Assembly: GCF_964355755.1 (NCBI RefSeq)
Contig: NC_092674.1
Location: 9,548,001 to 9,612,000, forward strand
DNA: 64,000 bases
Source of the DNA: Antedon mediterranea
Taxonomy: Eukaryota > Animalia > Echinodermata
Direction: 5' to 3'
Part shown: piece after piece, positions 61,480 through 64,000 of the stretch
Layout: each line of letters starts with the position of its first letter
Position numbering within the stretch: the stretch's first letter is position 1
Notes under the pieces: generated by a model
The model's database searches: none
Seen by the model: the letters and a program-made list of their open reading frames with translations, nothing else
Told to the model about the DNA's origin: nothing
Program-made: the position numbers and the translations under genes

Positions 61480-64000
61480 ATGGACCCTTTTGACAATATA
61501 GATGCATTCCCATTTAATCACATTATTGATAATGATGAATTCTTGCATGTCATTCACTATTACTTTTGTGACGATAGAATTGACTTTGATAGATTTAATT
61601 CTTTAATTTTTAACCCTTTTGATATTAATTTTAAAGATGTTATTAATGACAACGATGCCCAATTATTTTCCGAAAATATTGAATCTTGTGCCTATGAATA
61701 TATTGATAGTCTTAACAACAAATATTCAACCCAAGATTATTCATTTAGTATCTTTCACTTAAACGCACGCAGTCTTGTTAAACATTTTAACGATATCAAT
61801 GTATGCGTAGGTGCTATTAACCATGAATTCTCAGCACTATGCTTCACCGAAACTTTTTTTAATCATAATACGCCTTTTTCCTTTTATAATATTCCCAATT
61901 ATAACCTCTTGCATGTTTCACGAGCTGATAGACCAGGAGGAGGCGTTGCCATTTACCTACACCAGAGATTTAAATATATTCTTCGCCCTGATTTATCATT
62001 TATCATTACTAATGGTTCGGAATCTCTTTTCATTGAAATCGATGCACAACCCAAAAACATAATCCTTGGAGTAGTATATCGTTTGCCTGAATTATCCATT
62101 AACACATTTAATAAAGATATCTCTAATTTAATTGACACCATTAATAATGAGAAAAAAACAGCATATATTTCAGGAGACTTTAATATTAACTTGTTAAATT
62201 CCAAAACACATAAAGGTACTTCTGATTTTGTTAATACTTTATTTCAATCAAATTATTATCCTCTTATTACTAGGCCAACTAGAATTACGCGTAATTCTGC
62301 AACTTTAATCGACAATATTTTTTGTAATAATCTATATGATAACATTTCTTCCGGAATTCTATATTCGGACATCTCGGATCACTTTCCTGTTTTCTTGTTA
62401 GTACATAAATCAGAACCTCTCCAACACCTGAAACCTAAATCAAAATATATATACATAAAAAAAGTCAATGATATTTCAATTTCTGCCTTAAGTAATGATT
62501 TGTCAAATGTTGACTGGACTAGTATTTATAACTCCAATGAACCCAATGAGGCATACGCTTTATTCAACGACATATTTAGTACATTATATAATAACAACAT
62601 TAAAACCACTCGTTCCAGACGCAATATTCGGAAAGAAAAAAAACCTTGGATAACTAAATGCTTAATTAAATCTATCGACAAAAAACACAAATTATATAAA
62701 ACATTTCTTATATCTAAAAAGCAAAAGGACAAAGATAAATATGTTAAATATCGAAATGTACTTACCAAAATCCTTCGTACTGCCCAAAAGAATTACTTCA
62801 GTGACAAATTTGAATTCCATAAAAATAACATCCAAAAAACCTGGCAAACAATAAATGGAGTCCTTGGCAAGAAATCTCGTAAACCGTTTCCTTCTCACTT
62901 TATTAACAATGACATTGAATTAAATAATCCTCAACAAATTGCAACTGAATTCAATAATTATTTTACTAGTATAGGGCCAAATTTAGTTAACAAAATACAT
63001 GTGTCGGATAATGATAATTATACTTCTACCCTACCTCGTCCATGTGTGCACTCTCTCTTTCTTAGTCCTGTAACCGAACATGAAGTTGTCAGTATAATAC
63101 TTTCCCTCAAAGATAATAAATCTCCTGGGTTTGATGGGTTTTCCAATAAAATTATTAAACGTGTTTCTAATTTTATATGCAAACCCTTAACTAACATTTT
63201 TAATACTTCTTTTCAAACCGGTATTTTTCCTGATTCTTTTAAAATAGCTAAAGTCATCCCTATCTACAAGAAAGAAGATCCTCATCATTTCAATAACTAC
63301 AGACCAATCTCCCTACTTCCTTGTTTCTCAAAATTAATTGAAAAAATAATGCATAATCGAATTTCTTCCTTTTTAACTAAACATAACATTTTATTTAAAG
63401 GCCAATATGGTTTCAGGAAAAAGTATTCAACAGATCTTGCTTTATTAGATATTTTTGACAAAATTACAATTGCCCTGAGTAAAAATGAGTTTTCTGTTGG
63501 CATTTTCCTTGATTTATCTAAGGCCTTCGATACTATTAACCACGATATTTTAATTCATAAACTTTCAAATTACGGTATCAGAGGCCTTCCTTTAAAACTA
63601 ATTAAAAGCTACCTTTCCAATCGTGTTCAGTTTACTTCCTTAAATAATTTTAACTCTTCCTATTCCCGTTTAACCTGTGGTGTTCCCCAAGGATCGATTC
63701 TTGGACCACTCTTATTCCTGATTTTTGTTAACGATATACCAAACAGCTCTAAATTACTAAATTTTATCTTATTTGCTGACGACACAAATATTTTTTTCTC
63801 TCATCCTAAATCAAATACCTTGTTTAAAATTGTCAATGATGAGTTACTTAAAGTTTCAAATTGGCTCAAACACAATAAATTAACTCTTAATACATTCAAA
63901 ACGAACTATATAATATTTTCTAAACGTAAAATTTCAAATTCTTTAAATGAACAAATATACATTGATAATAAAATGATCAAACGAGTTAATGAAACCCAAT
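61480..64000 (+). mobile_element. Non-LTR retrotransposon (CR1/L2 group, Crack/Daphne-like) ORF2: AP endonuclease plus reverse transcriptase, open to the window end
   Basis: Stop-free frame from ATG 61480 (absent from the ORF track because it runs off the window). FPFNHI, HLNARSL, FTET, GGGVAIY, VYRLP, GDFNINLL, PTRIT..TLIDNIF, SDHFP (APE); KPWIT, FNNYFTSIG, SPGFDG, NYRPISLL, QYGFR, FLDLSKAFDT, GVPQGSILGPLLF, FADD (RT). Confidence 0.96.

Overview
AT-rich, intron-rich animal genomic DNA, probably from an invertebrate deuterostome (inferred from a Deu/Nin-domain SINE and the gene content; the species cannot be named from sequence alone). Main contents: (1) A 13-coding-exon SLC6 Na+/Cl--dependent amino-acid (glycine-transporter-like) gene on +, 1258-43808, about 601 aa. 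All introns are GT-AG and phase-compatible, and the 23-kb third intron is packed with non-autonomous DNA transposons. (2) A tandem cluster of arylsulfatase A-like genes on +: two intact 4-exon genes (51820-54654 and 58338-61118) flanking a chimeric pseudogene that looks like an unequal-crossover product. (3) An uninterrupted APE+RT ORF of a CR1/L2-group LINE from 61480 to beyond the window end, sitting just inside a Helentron/HINE-like terminus. Repeats include Harbinger derivatives (one carrying a Myb/SANT remnant), hAT-like elements with 5/6/7-bp TSDs, an IS3EU-like foldback MITE, a complete HINE, a tRNA-derived SINE and several minisatellites. I found no clear-cut new multi-gene system. The best leads are a possible relocation of the extracellular-gate Asp in the transporter, the A/hybrid/C sulfatase array, a large excess of TACWGTA and TAGGCCTA words that behave like transposon excision footprints, inverted Harbinger copies bracketing one exon, and the HINE-LINE junction. 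All counts and alignments were done by eye.
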